NCBI GenBank assembly: GCA_900128585.1 | Contig: LT642160.1 | Coordinates: 1-52,210 of the forward strand | Source: Stramenopiles sp. TOSAG23-3 | Taxonomy: Eukaryota | Direction: 5' to 3' | DNA: 52,210 nt | Shown here: positions 22,527-33,397 of the stretch, piece after piece | Position numbering within the stretch: the first letter of the stretch is position 1 | Layout: each line of letters begins with the position of its first letter | Notes under the pieces: model-generated | Told to the model about the DNA's origin: nothing | Seen by the model: the letters and a program-made list of their open reading frames with translations, nothing else | Databases searched by the model: none | Program-made: the position numbers and the translations under genes

Positions 22527-24281
22527 ATGCCAAAAAAGACGATGAAAGTGGGGGGGAAGAAGAAGAAGGGTAAGAAGAAGGGTAAGAAGAAGGGCAAGAA
22601 GAAGGGCAAGAAGAAGGCAGCGGTCGATGTCGTCCGGGACGCGGCCTTGAACCTTACTGGGAACGAAGTTATGGAGCTTCAAATTCTTCGGGAAGACCGA
22701 GTCGGCCTGCAAGATCGTGTAAATGAACTATCAAAGGGGAAGGAGATATTGAAAATGCAGATGGACACCCTGTTAGAAGACGAGGAGGAAGTGTTCGAAA
22801 ATTTGCGGAGCAAAGTCGAGCGTTCGAAGGCGTACGCGAAGGTGCTGCTCGACCAGCGGGACATTATCGAGCGCGAGCGCCAGGACGCCGAAACGGCCAT
22901 GACCCAGCGGCTGGCCGCCCAGCAGCGCATTGCCAAGGAGAGCAAGAAGCAGTTGCAGGAAGTGCTGTCGCAGTGGGAGGACGAGAAGAAAAAGATAGAA
23001 ATGGCCGGGAAAGCCCTTGCGGAGAGAAAATCGTTGCAAGAAAAGATAAAAATGTTAGAGAAAGACTTGGAGAAATCGTCCGCGCACATAGACATGCGCG
23101 AGGAGGAGTACAGCATCATCGCGTCGATCGACAAGGTCAAGGACGAGGGCTACGGGGTCCCCGCTTTGCTGATGGAGACCATGACCAAGTACCCCAACCG
23201 GCGCATCATTGTTAGGGACAGTATTGCCGCGCTGACGCGGGTGTTGCACCCGACGAACGCGAATTTCGTGTACGAAAAGGGGGGAGTCGACAGAGTCCTG
23301 CAAGGCCTGCACGACCACAAGGAGGACGCGCAGATCCAGGCCAACGGGTGCAGGTTCTTGTGGCAGATCCTGATCCAAGGCAACACCCCCCCGATTCTGC
23401 GGGTCTTGGAGGAAAAGGAGTGCCTCATGTTCGTGCTTGATGCAATGCAGCGTCACGCCGACGAGAGGCACCTGCACTACAACGCTGTCGGTTTGGCGTG
23501 CTTGCTCATACCGAAACTTAGAAAAGAAATAGAAGCGAACCACGAAGACGTGAAGCGGGAGTACGGCATGCCGGACAAGAAGAAGAACGCGGGGACGACG
23601 TCGCTGCCCAGCCTGACACGAAAGAGCGCGGGGCGCGTCATGGTGAATAATTTGACGAAAAACAACGGTGTGGGGATGCGCGCCCTGAAGAAAATGTCAA
23701 AGAAGACGAAGTTTAAAGACATGCCCTCCGCGGCGGTGTTGCGCTCCCGTCAGACAACCTCGGACACGGTGCGAATGATATTTGCCGCCATGGACTACAG
23801 GGACGGGGACGGGCTCGCGGCGACCTGGTGCTGCACCGTCCTGTGCTCCATCATATTCAAACGGGCGGAGCAAGAAGTGGCGCACAAGATGCCTGGGCCG
23901 CAGGAGACCCCGAGCCTGGTGAGGAAGCACGCGCTGGATACTATCAAGCGCTCCGTCGAGGGGGCAGAAAAAGGGTTCATTTATCGAATGGTGCACCTAC
24001 TCCGCAGCTACCGGGGCAGGCGCCACGCAGCGATGCAGGGGATGGTGTGCCTGATGATCGTCCAGTTGTTGCCGGACGACCCGGTAAAAAAGACAAAGTA
24101 TCTGAAATTGTACAAAGAGTTCCAGGTTCCGCAGTCGGTCATGGACGTTTGCAAGCAAGAGCACGCGCACCGGGACAAGGCGCTGCTGGCCGTTCTAACT
24201 GAAATTTTGAATTATTTTGCGTTTCCTGTGCCAGAAGACCCGAAGAAAAAGAAGAAGTTCGGGATGCTCTTTGCGAGGTAG
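22527..24281 (+). CDS. Lys-rich N-terminus, coiled coil and armadillo-like helical repeats
   Basis: (GKKK)n N-terminus, heptad-rich residues about 45-195, then EKGGVDRVLQGLHDHKEDAQIQANGCRFLW and FVLDAMQRHADERHLHYNAVG ARM-like repeats. Confidence 0.75.
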   Translation: MPKKTMKVGGKKKKGKKKGKKKGKKKGKKKAAVDVVRDAALNLTGNEVMELQILREDRVGLQDRVNELSKGKEILKMQMDTLLEDEEEVFENLRSKVERSKAYAKVLLDQRDIIERERQDAETAMTQRLAAQQRIAKESKKQLQEVLSQWEDEKKKIEMAGKALAERKSLQEKIKMLEKDLEKSSAHIDMREEEYSIIASIDKVKDEGYGVPALLMETMTKYPNRRIIVRDSIAALTRVLHPTNANFVYEKGGVDRVLQGLHDHKEDAQIQANGCRFLWQILIQGNTPPILRVLEEKECLMFVLDAMQRHADERHLHYNAVGLACLLIPKLRKEIEANHEDVKREYGMPDKKKNAGTTSLPSLTRKSAGRVMVNNLTKNNGVGMRALKKMSKKTKFKDMPSAAVLRSRQTTSDTVRMIFAAMDYRDGDGLAATWCCTVLCSIIFKRAEQEVAHKMPGPQETPSLVRKHALDTIKRSVEGAEKGFIYRMVHLLRSYRGRRHAAMQGMVCLMIVQLLPDDPVKKTKYLKLYKEFQVPQSVMDVCKQEHAHRDKALLAVLTEILNYFAFPVPEDPKKKKKFGMLFAR

Positions 24282-24457
24282 TAAATGTTGCGGCGCTCAA
24301 GATATATTTAAGAAAGTCAAAATGCGTAATAATTTACGTTTTACAAAAAAAACACACATTGTAATTCTAGAATTTTAAGGGTGAAATTGTAACTATTATC
24401 ATACGTATGTACGAATTAGCATCTACATTTACATGAAAAAACCACGGTAGTCCGTCT

Positions 24458-25012
24458 CTACGATTTCAGAACGGACTTTAGCCTTGACAATCTGTTCTGC
24501 AGGTCTCGCCGCTGCTGGGCGTGGGACTCTATGGCAGTGTGCGCCGACTGCTGTACCCATGACACCGTTTGGGGTATTGCGATCGTCAGCTGCAAAACTT
24601 GCGCCCGTATGACCAGCATCTGCTGCTTCAGAAACCTTACCTGCTTCCTTAACTTCATCATTTTCTCTAGAAGGTTGGCGTCCCCGGCAACCAGCACCTT
24701 CATCGGCCGGGAATCGTCGTTCAAGTTTACTTTTACGTCGACGTTCTGCAACAGGAGCAGGGCTTTAACCAATTTCAACTCTTGCTCCGCTAGCAACGTG
24801 CGACTGACATATGAGTCCCTCTCCATCTTCCACGCTTCCTCTGTGCACCCGACTGCGCTCGTCTCCCCGGCAACCGTAAACTGTTTACGAAGGGATTCAT
24901 TCTCACTCTCTAATTGTTTGATCTTCTCAAGAGCCTTTGTGAGGGAAGCCTCCAACCGTTGCTCACTCTTGCTCTGCCTACCGATACTACTGCTTTCGAC
25001 TTGGGAAGCCAT
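24458..25012 (-). CDS. Coiled-coil hypothetical protein
   Basis: ATG at 25012 and heptad patterns (LEASLTKALEKIKQLESENESLRKQ; LRKQVRFLKQQM). Flanked by AT-rich spacers. Confidence 0.7.
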   Translation of the reverse strand: MASQVESSSIGRQSKSEQRLEASLTKALEKIKQLESENESLRKQFTVAGETSAVGCTEEAWKMERDSYVSRTLLAEQELKLVKALLLLQNVDVKVNLNDDSRPMKVLVAGDANLLEKMMKLRKQVRFLKQQMLVIRAQVLQLTIAIPQTVSWVQQSAHTAIESHAQQRRDLQNRLSRLKSVLKS

Positions 25013-25656
25013 GCGCACGGAAAAAGAAAGAAAAGAGGCTAACGGTGGTGGTGCAGACGAAGGTCGAAGGTGCAAAAAATTAACAACCACTTAACACAGG
25101 GGGATAGGAGAATGGGCCAAATCGATTTAATCCATGAAAACAAATGCAAAATAGAATTAATAAAAATATGAAATTATTGAGAGAGACATCAAGTATTATG
25201 TCTATAAATGTATTTATAATATAGAAGACGACGACTATTATAAAAAAATAATAATAATAGAAGAGCCTCCTCGAGCGGTACGCGGATCCTCGTAGATAAT
25301 AATTTAAATTAATATGATGATGATGATATGATGATGAAGAAGAATGAGAAAAATAATAAAATAGCTCTTCATGTGATGATGATGCGTTGTTTATTTTTTT
25401 TGTTGTTGTTGATTGTTGTACCCCAATAAAATAATACGTAATAATATTGGAGGAAAGAAGAAGAAAAGAAGAGAGAAAAAAAAAGGGGGGTTACTTTTTA
25501 AATTACAATACGACACAAAAGTTGGCATGCATGGGCATGCATGGACAAATTGGGGTATTTATTGGGACGAGATTGTGTTCCGAAATTTTCCTGTTCATAA
25601 CTGTTTGACAAAGCAAGAAAATAGCCAAACAAAAATTATCCTTTGAGAAGACTACG

Positions 25657-27117
25657 ATGTTGAATTCGTTCCTGTTGTTAGTTGGGGTATTTTTCGCGTC
25701 GGTATCCGGTCATGGAAATATGATAACGCCGGCGCCACGGCAAGCGCACAACCAACGGTTTGATTCTCGGAATAAGTGCGGGTGCGCGTCGACGCCAGAA
25801 GGTTGCTATTCCAATGCTACCTCTCCTGGGACGTATTGCGGACTAGGCTGTATTGGGGAAGCATGCTTATACTACCAAATTGGGTGCTTCCAGTCCTGCC
25901 CTGTTTGTTCGTACACGGGCAAGACGCTCTACCCCGTCCTTGAAGATCTCAAAAAGGCAGGAAATTGCCCCGTACCACCGAAACCGACACTGGAGCCCAG
26001 AATGCGCACGTACAACGTTGACAACTTGTCCAAGCGCGGGGACTGGACCCGCTGGAACCCTTGGCGTTCTCCAGGCACTGCCGGGAAAGGGAACCTAGCA
26101 TTTCAACCCTGTGGCGTGAACTCTGGGTCCGACCCGTCGTTTCCAGACCCTCCCGCGTCTGGGCAAAAGCAGTTCGCAAACGGAACTGACTTGCCGCCGA
26201 CGAGGGAGAAAGCGACGTGGAAGATAGGCTCTGCAGTTGATGTAGAATGGTCAATCTACGCGAACCATGGCGGCGGCTATTCTTACAGATTGTGTAAAAA
26301 GGTCCAGGGAAAAGACGCGACGGAAGAGTGTTTTCAACGAACGCCGTTAGACTTCGCGTCCGACTCGACGACCATCAAGTACTATGATGGTTCAAGGGCA
26401 CCCTTTGATATCAAGGCAGCCACCACGAATGTTGGCACATGGCCAACGGGATCGCAGTGGCGGAAGAATCCAATCCCAATGTGCAACTGCGACATGGGGA
26501 CCGGTTGCCACCAGAAGAAAGACCAGGTCGACTACAAGCGGTTGCCAAAACATACGATTGAAATGATGAAAAATGAATTTTATCGTTCCAACGCGAAGAA
26601 GACGAAAAATACCGACGACAAGAAGGCAGGGGGCAAACACTGCACAGCCGTTAAGGAAGACCAATGCGGGGACATTACGGGCAAAAATACGTGCTTGTCT
26701 TGCTCTGCGGACTCGGCGTACGATTGCAAGAAGTGTTGCCCAGGGTTGGTGAGGGTGAGTAAAGGCGAGTACAGCTGGTGTGTCAAGAAAGGCAGCAAAC
26801 CATCTGCGGAATGTTCTGAATCTAACCCAGAAGGGTGCTATTTTCTCCCGTACAACAAGACTTACTTGGCGCCTGGGCAGGACACGCCGTTGTGCGAAAC
26901 GGGGCTGATGTTTCCATCGCTATGGGACGATGGGTATGGCAATGGGTTTGGACAAGAGGGGTATGAAGGTTACGGTTCGTTTATGTTCTCCATGACGGAC
27001 AAAGTCCAAATCCCGAGCGATATCGAGACTGGAGAGTACAGCCTGAGTTGGAGGTGGGACTGCGAACAAACCCCTCAGGTATGGAATAGCTGTGCCGATA
27101 TCAACATTGAGAAATAG
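25657..27117 (+). CDS. Secreted lytic polysaccharide monooxygenase-like protein (histidine brace; AA13-like core with Cys-rich insertions)
   Basis: Signal peptide ending VSG followed by HGNMITPAPR (His1), then VDVEWSIYANHGGGYSYRLC (second His), ATEECF and LSWRWDCEQTPQVWNSCADI. Confidence 0.85.
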   Translation: MLNSFLLLVGVFFASVSGHGNMITPAPRQAHNQRFDSRNKCGCASTPEGCYSNATSPGTYCGLGCIGEACLYYQIGCFQSCPVCSYTGKTLYPVLEDLKKAGNCPVPPKPTLEPRMRTYNVDNLSKRGDWTRWNPWRSPGTAGKGNLAFQPCGVNSGSDPSFPDPPASGQKQFANGTDLPPTREKATWKIGSAVDVEWSIYANHGGGYSYRLCKKVQGKDATEECFQRTPLDFASDSTTIKYYDGSRAPFDIKAATTNVGTWPTGSQWRKNPIPMCNCDMGTGCHQKKDQVDYKRLPKHTIEMMKNEFYRSNAKKTKNTDDKKAGGKHCTAVKEDQCGDITGKNTCLSCSADSAYDCKKCCPGLVRVSKGEYSWCVKKGSKPSAECSESNPEGCYFLPYNKTYLAPGQDTPLCETGLMFPSLWDDGYGNGFGQEGYEGYGSFMFSMTDKVQIPSDIETGEYSLSWRWDCEQTPQVWNSCADINIEK

Positions 27118-27678
27118 TTTGTGCGTGTTGTGAGATGCGCGCAAAAATTCCCATTTGAATCCAAATAAGATCAATTTATTTGCCTATACCGGTACATTAA
27201 TTAATGATGTTATGTGTACAAAGGACTTTAAGGTAAATATCATCTACACCAAATATTTATTTCGAAAAAAAATTATTGTACGGGTACCTCCTAGAACCCT
27301 AATTTGTCACCCCTCCTCCCTCATTTGTCTTTTGGTTCGACCGTTCGGTCGTGGTGTACGATGGTACTCATAAAGTAGTACGGAAAAATAAATAATAAAT
27401 TTTACCTGGTATTATATATAATTATGTACGGGTCGTGCTACAACCGGTAAAAAAAATGCATGAAATAATAGAGCGCGTAGTCGTGTTTTAAATTGATTGG
27501 TGGAATAAAATTTTATGGTTGGATCGTTATTACATTGTATAAAACAATGGATTCATGTAATATATATATATCTTACTTCTCTTTTCCAGAAAACAGTTTG
27601 TATTCGATTCGAAAACATCTTTTTGAACAGGAAGAGAATTTCCCCCTCTGTGGCAGCACAACGATTTCTTCAGGTAAC

Positions 27679-29838
27679 ATGAATTTCCTATTTTTTTGTC
27701 TCTTATTGGTTGCCTTCTTTGGCTCTCTCGTCGGTAGCTTTCGCATAGACGTTCATATCGACGATGATAAGTATTTGCTGGAAGTCGATGGTGGTGTAGA
27801 TTTTGAGCAGGCGGCAATGGAATTTTGCAGAACGAAAGGCCTCTTGGACGTATCCGAGGTATCAACCAAGAATGGCTGCGTGGCTGCCATCGTCAACATG
27901 CTCAACTTGGAACAGGAAAAATTAGAAAACGATAGAGTATCGAACGATCCATTGACGCATTTTGCCATTTCGCCAACTACTGTATTCCCCTACACTGTAA
28001 ATACAACATCTTTAGAAAAATCTCTTAAACCGGAAGGCAACCGGTTAATTGTTGCGGCATACCTGTATGGCCACGATGCAAGCCTGGTAAGTCTTTGCAA
28101 CGGGAATGTTCTCGGGGTGATTGAACTCGAGCGTATTTTTGGCGAGCGGTATTTCGATTTATCGCTCAAAGCGGACAAATCGACCCCAAATTCAACGTCC
28201 GAAAATGATCCAGCAAAGCAGAAGTTTGCACGGGATCATCTGCAGATAGCCGTCCAAGAACTTAACAAATTGACCTTTTCAGCGCCAGTTGGTTTGTGCC
28301 CTTCGGCATTGCTCGAACGAAAAGCCTACGACGAAATAATTCTAGTGGACGCGCAAACAAGAAGTTTTCTTTCGAAAGCTTTGAAAGAAACCGTCCCTTT
28401 GATCAACAGCGCCGACGAAGACTCTTCTTTCCACACAGTGAACCACCATTACTCGCACGCCCTTCTTGGTTGGTACGATTCGCCGTTCTACAATGGACAA
28501 CACCCAATGTCCGGAACAACTTTGATTTTGTCATACGATGGTTTTGGAAATGATGGGAGTTTTATGATGTACTACAATTCAACAGAGTCGGAGGACGGCA
28601 CCGCGCCGCTCAGAGCACTCAAACTCTTTCGATCCATCCCTCTATCGCTCGGTCAGGGGTATATTGGAATTGCAAACATGATTCCTCATTTTTGGAGAAC
28701 AGACGAGCAGGGTGTGCGACATAGCCCTTGCCCATACCAAGTGAAGCCAAGCTGCCAGATGCGGCTCCCTGGAATATTCATGGCCTATGCTTCACTCGGA
28801 AGACCAAGGAGTGAGTGGATGGAAGGTGTAGAAGTCCTCTTTCGCACGGGTCGGTTTGATGAGAGAAACATGCCGCCAATCGACCAAGACGAAGAAGAAA
28901 TATTAATAGCCGTAGACGAGCGCGGGGAGCGGGATTTTGCTGCGACCGTCCAGCACGTCTTTGAAAACATAGTGGTGAAGGAGCTGTCCGGGGCGATTGC
29001 CGAGTTGAACGAGCAATTCAGAAACCATCGAGGAGAACGCGTCCTTCCTCCGGTGTCCTCCTTGGTTTTAGTCGGTGGGTGCGCCTTGAACGTGCGAGTA
29101 AATACCGTGGTTCAGAATCGATTTAATTTTCCAGTATACGTACCATCCAGTCCTGGGGACAGTGGGATTGCAATCGGGGGTGGCTGGCACAAGCATCCCC
29201 CACCAGTGCATCCCCAGCTGGAGTATCTGGGGGCCAATTTGTTTGACATTGAGGTGCTCGACACAGAAGTAGTGGCAAAGTACTCCCCTAGGCGGGCATC
29301 GCCAGAGACAGTGGCTCGCTTGCTCGTTTCAGGAAAGGTAGGTGCTGTCGTGCGCGGACGCCAAGAAGTCGGACCCCGCGCTCTTGGACATCGAAGCATT
29401 CTTGCAATTCCGACTGACAAAGAGATGAACGCTCGAATGAACAGGATAAAGCACAGGGAGTGGTACCGCCCAACTGCACCTGTGTTGAACGAAGAGGCGG
29501 TAGCGAACATTTTCGAAAACTTGAAAGACACGGCGATAGATTCTCCTTACATGTCCTTTGCCCCCCTCTTGCAGGGTTGGGCAATAGAAGCATTCCCTGC
29601 AATTGCGCATGTGGACGGGACTGCCCGACCTCAGACGGTAAAGAAGAGCCGGAATCCATGGCTATGGGAGCTGCTGAAATATGTGGGCGAGGCCATAGGG
29701 CAACCGATTCTAATCAACACGTCATTCAACGCGCATGGCCACCCAATCGTCAATACTGTGAAAGATACAATACGACTCTGGGAAGAGTCAAAAGATTTAG
29801 ACTTTGTGGTAATTGAGGACTGGCTATTTATCAAATGA
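27679..29838 (+). CDS. NodU/CmcH-family O-carbamoyltransferase with N-terminal signal peptide
   Basis: GHDAS..IELER, HHYSHA, YDGFG, GGCALNV, PGDSGIAIG, GRQEVGPRALGHRSILA, IKHREWYRPTAP, HVDGTARPQTV and INTSFN. MNFLFFCLLLVAFFGSLVGS from ATG 27679. Confidence 0.92.
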   Translation: MNFLFFCLLLVAFFGSLVGSFRIDVHIDDDKYLLEVDGGVDFEQAAMEFCRTKGLLDVSEVSTKNGCVAAIVNMLNLEQEKLENDRVSNDPLTHFAISPTTVFPYTVNTTSLEKSLKPEGNRLIVAAYLYGHDASLVSLCNGNVLGVIELERIFGERYFDLSLKADKSTPNSTSENDPAKQKFARDHLQIAVQELNKLTFSAPVGLCPSALLERKAYDEIILVDAQTRSFLSKALKETVPLINSADEDSSFHTVNHHYSHALLGWYDSPFYNGQHPMSGTTLILSYDGFGNDGSFMMYYNSTESEDGTAPLRALKLFRSIPLSLGQGYIGIANMIPHFWRTDEQGVRHSPCPYQVKPSCQMRLPGIFMAYASLGRPRSEWMEGVEVLFRTGRFDERNMPPIDQDEEEILIAVDERGERDFAATVQHVFENIVVKELSGAIAELNEQFRNHRGERVLPPVSSLVLVGGCALNVRVNTVVQNRFNFPVYVPSSPGDSGIAIGGGWHKHPPPVHPQLEYLGANLFDIEVLDTEVVAKYSPRRASPETVARLLVSGKVGAVVRGRQEVGPRALGHRSILAIPTDKEMNARMNRIKHREWYRPTAPVLNEEAVANIFENLKDTAIDSPYMSFAPLLQGWAIEAFPAIAHVDGTARPQTVKKSRNPWLWELLKYVGEAIGQPILINTSFNAHGHPIVNTVKDTIRLWEESKDLDFVVIEDWLFIK

Positions 29839-29965
29839 GCAGTGGTTGACACTCACCCATCGTGAGTGCTAAAGCTGGTATGATAGTCCAACGAAGGCCT
29901 TTTGGGAGCACTTTTTCTAATCAGATTACTCTATACTACTACTACAACACTAATCGATTAAAATT

Positions 29966-31384
29966 TTACTTCTTCGTTTTCTTCTTCCCTCCACCATCCC
30001 CTATCTCCTTCTTCAACCCTCCTGCTCCTTCCCCCCCTTGTAATCGTTGTAAAATTTGCAATTTTTGCCTACCATCAATTAATTGCCCTTGCCGTATCAT
30101 TTTATATTTAGCCGGTGGGTTGTTATCCAGCGCTTTCTGTGCGTCATCAAAAAGTTTAGTTGCCGCCTTCACAAGTTTCTTTATGGGCACAGGTTTTACT
30201 TTCTTCTTCTTCAATTTTAATTGACTGAAAACTTTACCAAAATCCAGTGCATTGAACGTAGTGGCGGCATTTGCCGGTGCTTGAGAAACGCATATGAACA
30301 CTGCAGTGAACGCCTCACCAGACAGAGATTCACTTAGCAGAAGAACGAGATCAAACAGAAAGGCTCGGAACGAAAACTTTTTCCGGTTTCTCCTGGCATC
30401 AAGCAGCGCTCGAATAGCCTGACCAAGCATTGCCAGCGACAAATTCACAATCATGCCTTGAAACGATTCTGCAGAAGCATGATAATTTTTGTCCCCATGC
30501 GCCTCTTCCAGCTTTTCGCTGCCGGCCAGGTCTACAAATTGGAACCGCGAGCTCCATACCGTCTCGGTTTCCGGGCGGTAGCAATACAGCGTCAAAACAA
30601 TGAAACAGTGCGATCTACTACTGTATTGATTCAGCCCTGTCCCCGCTGTACAGCGCTCAGATATTCCTGAAAAGAATCGAAACAAATCTGCATCGGTATC
30701 AAGGATTAGCTCCTCCATGCCAAACATTCGATTTGGCTTTGCTGCTTTGTCAATGCAAACACCGTACTGTGTTGCTTTCGCGAGTCCGCCTACACCAGTA
30801 TTACCGGTTTTTTTATTCAGCATGTCTTGGTTTCCTAACATCATACTAAGCTCAATTGAATGCGCCGTCAAAAGGTACGTCTCACTTTTGGAGGAGGAGG
30901 AAAGCTGTTTGTAGCGAGAAAAAATGTCAAGGGCCGCGCGCGGAAAAATGCCATACTCTTCATGAACAGACGTGCCGTAGTCACCACGACCTGCGCGTTT
31001 CATCACCCCCGGCGTACCAAGCATCGTGTGCGTTTTCCCGGTCCCCGTTTGACCGTACGCCAAAAGGTTGACGTTGTAACCAGTCATAAACGCCTCTATA
31101 CGCCTTGGAAGGAAAAAATTATATAACTTTTCATTGTCAGTTTCCGGCGGCACAACATGGTCCATATAATTGAATGATTTTCCATCGATTCTCCCTCGAA
31201 CAATATCGATTTGCCCCCCCCCACCATCACCAACTCCCTCCCCGGTTTGGTACCGAAGTCCGGCCTCATTGTCTTTCATTCCTTGAGCACTGCTTTCCAC
31301 ACCGCCACCCCCAGCACCAATTGGTTTTACACGTATAATCGTGTTCCCACCGTCGTCGTCCTCCTCAACACTTGACCTTTTCAT
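29966..31384 (-). CDS. Divergent kinesin motor-domain protein with a short tail
   Basis: P-loop AYGQTGTGKTHTM, switch I NQYSSRSH and switch II FVDLAGSE. Confidence 0.92.
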   Translation of the reverse strand: MKRSSVEEDDDGGNTIIRVKPIGAGGGGVESSAQGMKDNEAGLRYQTGEGVGDGGGGQIDIVRGRIDGKSFNYMDHVVPPETDNEKLYNFFLPRRIEAFMTGYNVNLLAYGQTGTGKTHTMLGTPGVMKRAGRGDYGTSVHEEYGIFPRAALDIFSRYKQLSSSSKSETYLLTAHSIELSMMLGNQDMLNKKTGNTGVGGLAKATQYGVCIDKAAKPNRMFGMEELILDTDADLFRFFSGISERCTAGTGLNQYSSRSHCFIVLTLYCYRPETETVWSSRFQFVDLAGSEKLEEAHGDKNYHASAESFQGMIVNLSLAMLGQAIRALLDARRNRKKFSFRAFLFDLVLLLSESLSGEAFTAVFICVSQAPANAATTFNALDFGKVFSQLKLKKKKVKPVPIKKLVKAATKLFDDAQKALDNNPPAKYKMIRQGQLIDGRQKLQILQRLQGGEGAGGLKKEIGDGGGKKKTKK

Positions 31385-31871
31385 TTTCTTTTTGAAACGA
31401 ACGTCAACAATTAGGGTATTGTTACTCTCAGAGTTGCATCATGTCGTTAAGCTCACAATGCCTTCTACTTGTATTGCAATGCACGAAAATAAAAGAAAAA
31501 GAGGCCTCAAAGTTTTCAAAAGGCAAACATGTTAAAAAAAATGTGAGTTTGAAGTTTTTTGAATTTCATTTTTTTCTTCTTCTTCGTCGTATTATTTTAT
31601 TTGCATAGTAGCAGCTGCTAGCAGCCCCGCAGCCCCGCTGCAAGGAATCATGTTAAGAATAGGGCAAGTATATTTATAAGGGTTTCGTTCGTTCAATTGA
31701 AAGCAGGTTGGTCTACCGTACGGTACCGGTACGGGTACCGAACCGATACCTGTAGTCGTACAATAAGGAAGAAGTACCAAGCCTTGGTAGCAGTTTTCGT
31801 CTTTTTCTTCAGTGTGATACTTTTAGTGTGATTATTATTTCGTAGGATGTTTGGGCTCTACTCTCTTCTTC

Positions 31872-32759
31872 TTACTGCTGCTTTCTTCTTGCGAAGGTGC
31901 AAATACTTGTATCGTTGAATGCTCTTTCAAGGTTGCCGTCGAGCGAAATCCCTTGCTGTTGTTTGTCCCCTTCCACTTTTGCACCCGTCGCTCCTGGGCG
32001 GATCTGTTGTTTTGGAGGAGCAATGCGATGACGATGTACAACATTTTCCACTAAGATTTCCCGAACCTTGCAGATGGACTTCAGGGACAGCTGTGTCTCC
32101 TCTTGATGGTTTTGAAATGCCAGTCCACTGCCCAAGCGGGACGCATTTTCGATGTAGTTTGTCAAACCATTTCCAACCAGAATAATATTTTCTAAGGTAT
32201 CGCTTTCAATGTTTGTCTCCAACAGGTTCCCATACATGAATATATCCCCGTGCGGCAAGAAGAACAGAGTCGATTCTTTAGCAATCCTTTTGCAATTCTC
32301 GTTTTCTTTTACGCACGCAAAGCCTAGCTTTTCCACAAGGCCGACGTCCAATTCACTCATAACAGGATCAAAAATTTCTACTGCGACGCTGCAGGACTCA
32401 TTTCGCCGCCGAAGGTAATCGACAAGGTTCAGCAGGCAACCCATTTGTACAATTGCATTTTTTGTCTCAAAACTCCCCATCCCGTACGCCACGACAGATG
32501 TCGTTCTCTCCATCCTTTCAACCCCTCCTAATATCTGCACAATTCTATTCCAAAACGGTGTGTCCAGCATGGACGTTTTCTCTAGTAAAACTTTATCAAA
32601 AATGACCGTCTCGTACTCCTCTTTCGTGTACGACACGCTATTCCCCGCACTCTTGTTGGAAAGACTTCCCCCCTGACGTACATATTTAACTTTCCGTTTC
32701 CCCTTTCGTCTCGGAGCCACAGTTTTCCACTCATCTTTACTGTTCACCATGGAAGACAT
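31872..32759 (-). CDS. SRR1: SRR1-domain protein (SRRD/BER1 family)
   Basis: VVAYGMGSF...IVQMGCL, IFDPVMS, ENENCKR..TLFFLPHG...YGNLL, IILVGN and AFNDTS. Confidence 0.85.
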   Translation of the reverse strand: MSSMVNSKDEWKTVAPRRKGKRKVKYVRQGGSLSNKSAGNSVSYTKEEYETVIFDKVLLEKTSMLDTPFWNRIVQILGGVERMERTTSVVAYGMGSFETKNAIVQMGCLLNLVDYLRRRNESCSVAVEIFDPVMSELDVGLVEKLGFACVKENENCKRIAKESTLFFLPHGDIFMYGNLLETNIESDTLENIILVGNGLTNYIENASRLGSGLAFQNHQEETQLSLKSICKVREILVENVVHRHRIAPPKQQIRPGATGAKVEGDKQQQGISLDGNLERAFNDTSICTFARRKQQ

Positions 32760-33149
32760 ACCGGAGAAGGCGACCGACCTGCCCTCTATCTAACCCAAGT
32801 CAGTCACAGCAAACAAAATTACTGAACACACACACACAAAAAACACAAAAAGATGATTTACAATCTCTTATGTATAAATCAAATACTTTTCTTTCCATTC
32901 CTATAAATATACATTAATTGTATGCACACACAAATACACATTACAGTGTCAATAGTTCATCGTATAAAACAAAATACCGGAGGGGGGAAGAAGAAGAAGC
33001 GAACCTTCACTTGTGTTTTGTTGTTGTTGTTGTTGTGTGTGATGAAAAAAAAAAGAAGAAGAAAAGCTAATATTAATAATAATAATATATACGGGTACAG
33101 TAGAAGTAGACTTGACTAACAATTATTTATTAAATAATATCAATCATGG

Positions 33150-33181
33150 CGAAGAAGAAGAAGAAGAAGAAAAGAAGAAGA

Positions 33182-33212
<31 letters not shown>

Positions 33213-33291
33213 AGAGAAAAAAGAAGAAGATAAAAGAAGATAAAAGAAGACAAAAGAAGAAGAAGAAAAAGAAGAAGAAGAAGAAGAAGAA

Positions 33292-33323
<32 letters not shown>

Positions 33324-33397
33324 AAGAAGAAGAAGAAGAAGAAAGAAGAAGAAAGAAGAAGAAGAAAAAAGAAGAAGAAAGAAGAAGAAGAGAAAGA
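33150..33397. repeat. Imperfect (GAA)n purine tract
   Basis: Directly visible. Confidence 0.95.

Noticed and set aside
27493-27678. Upstream non-ATG extensions in the ORF track (also 47898, 7948, 8472, 21227, 25090)
   Set aside because: The context is eukaryotic, and downstream ATGs give sensible N-termini such as signal peptides.
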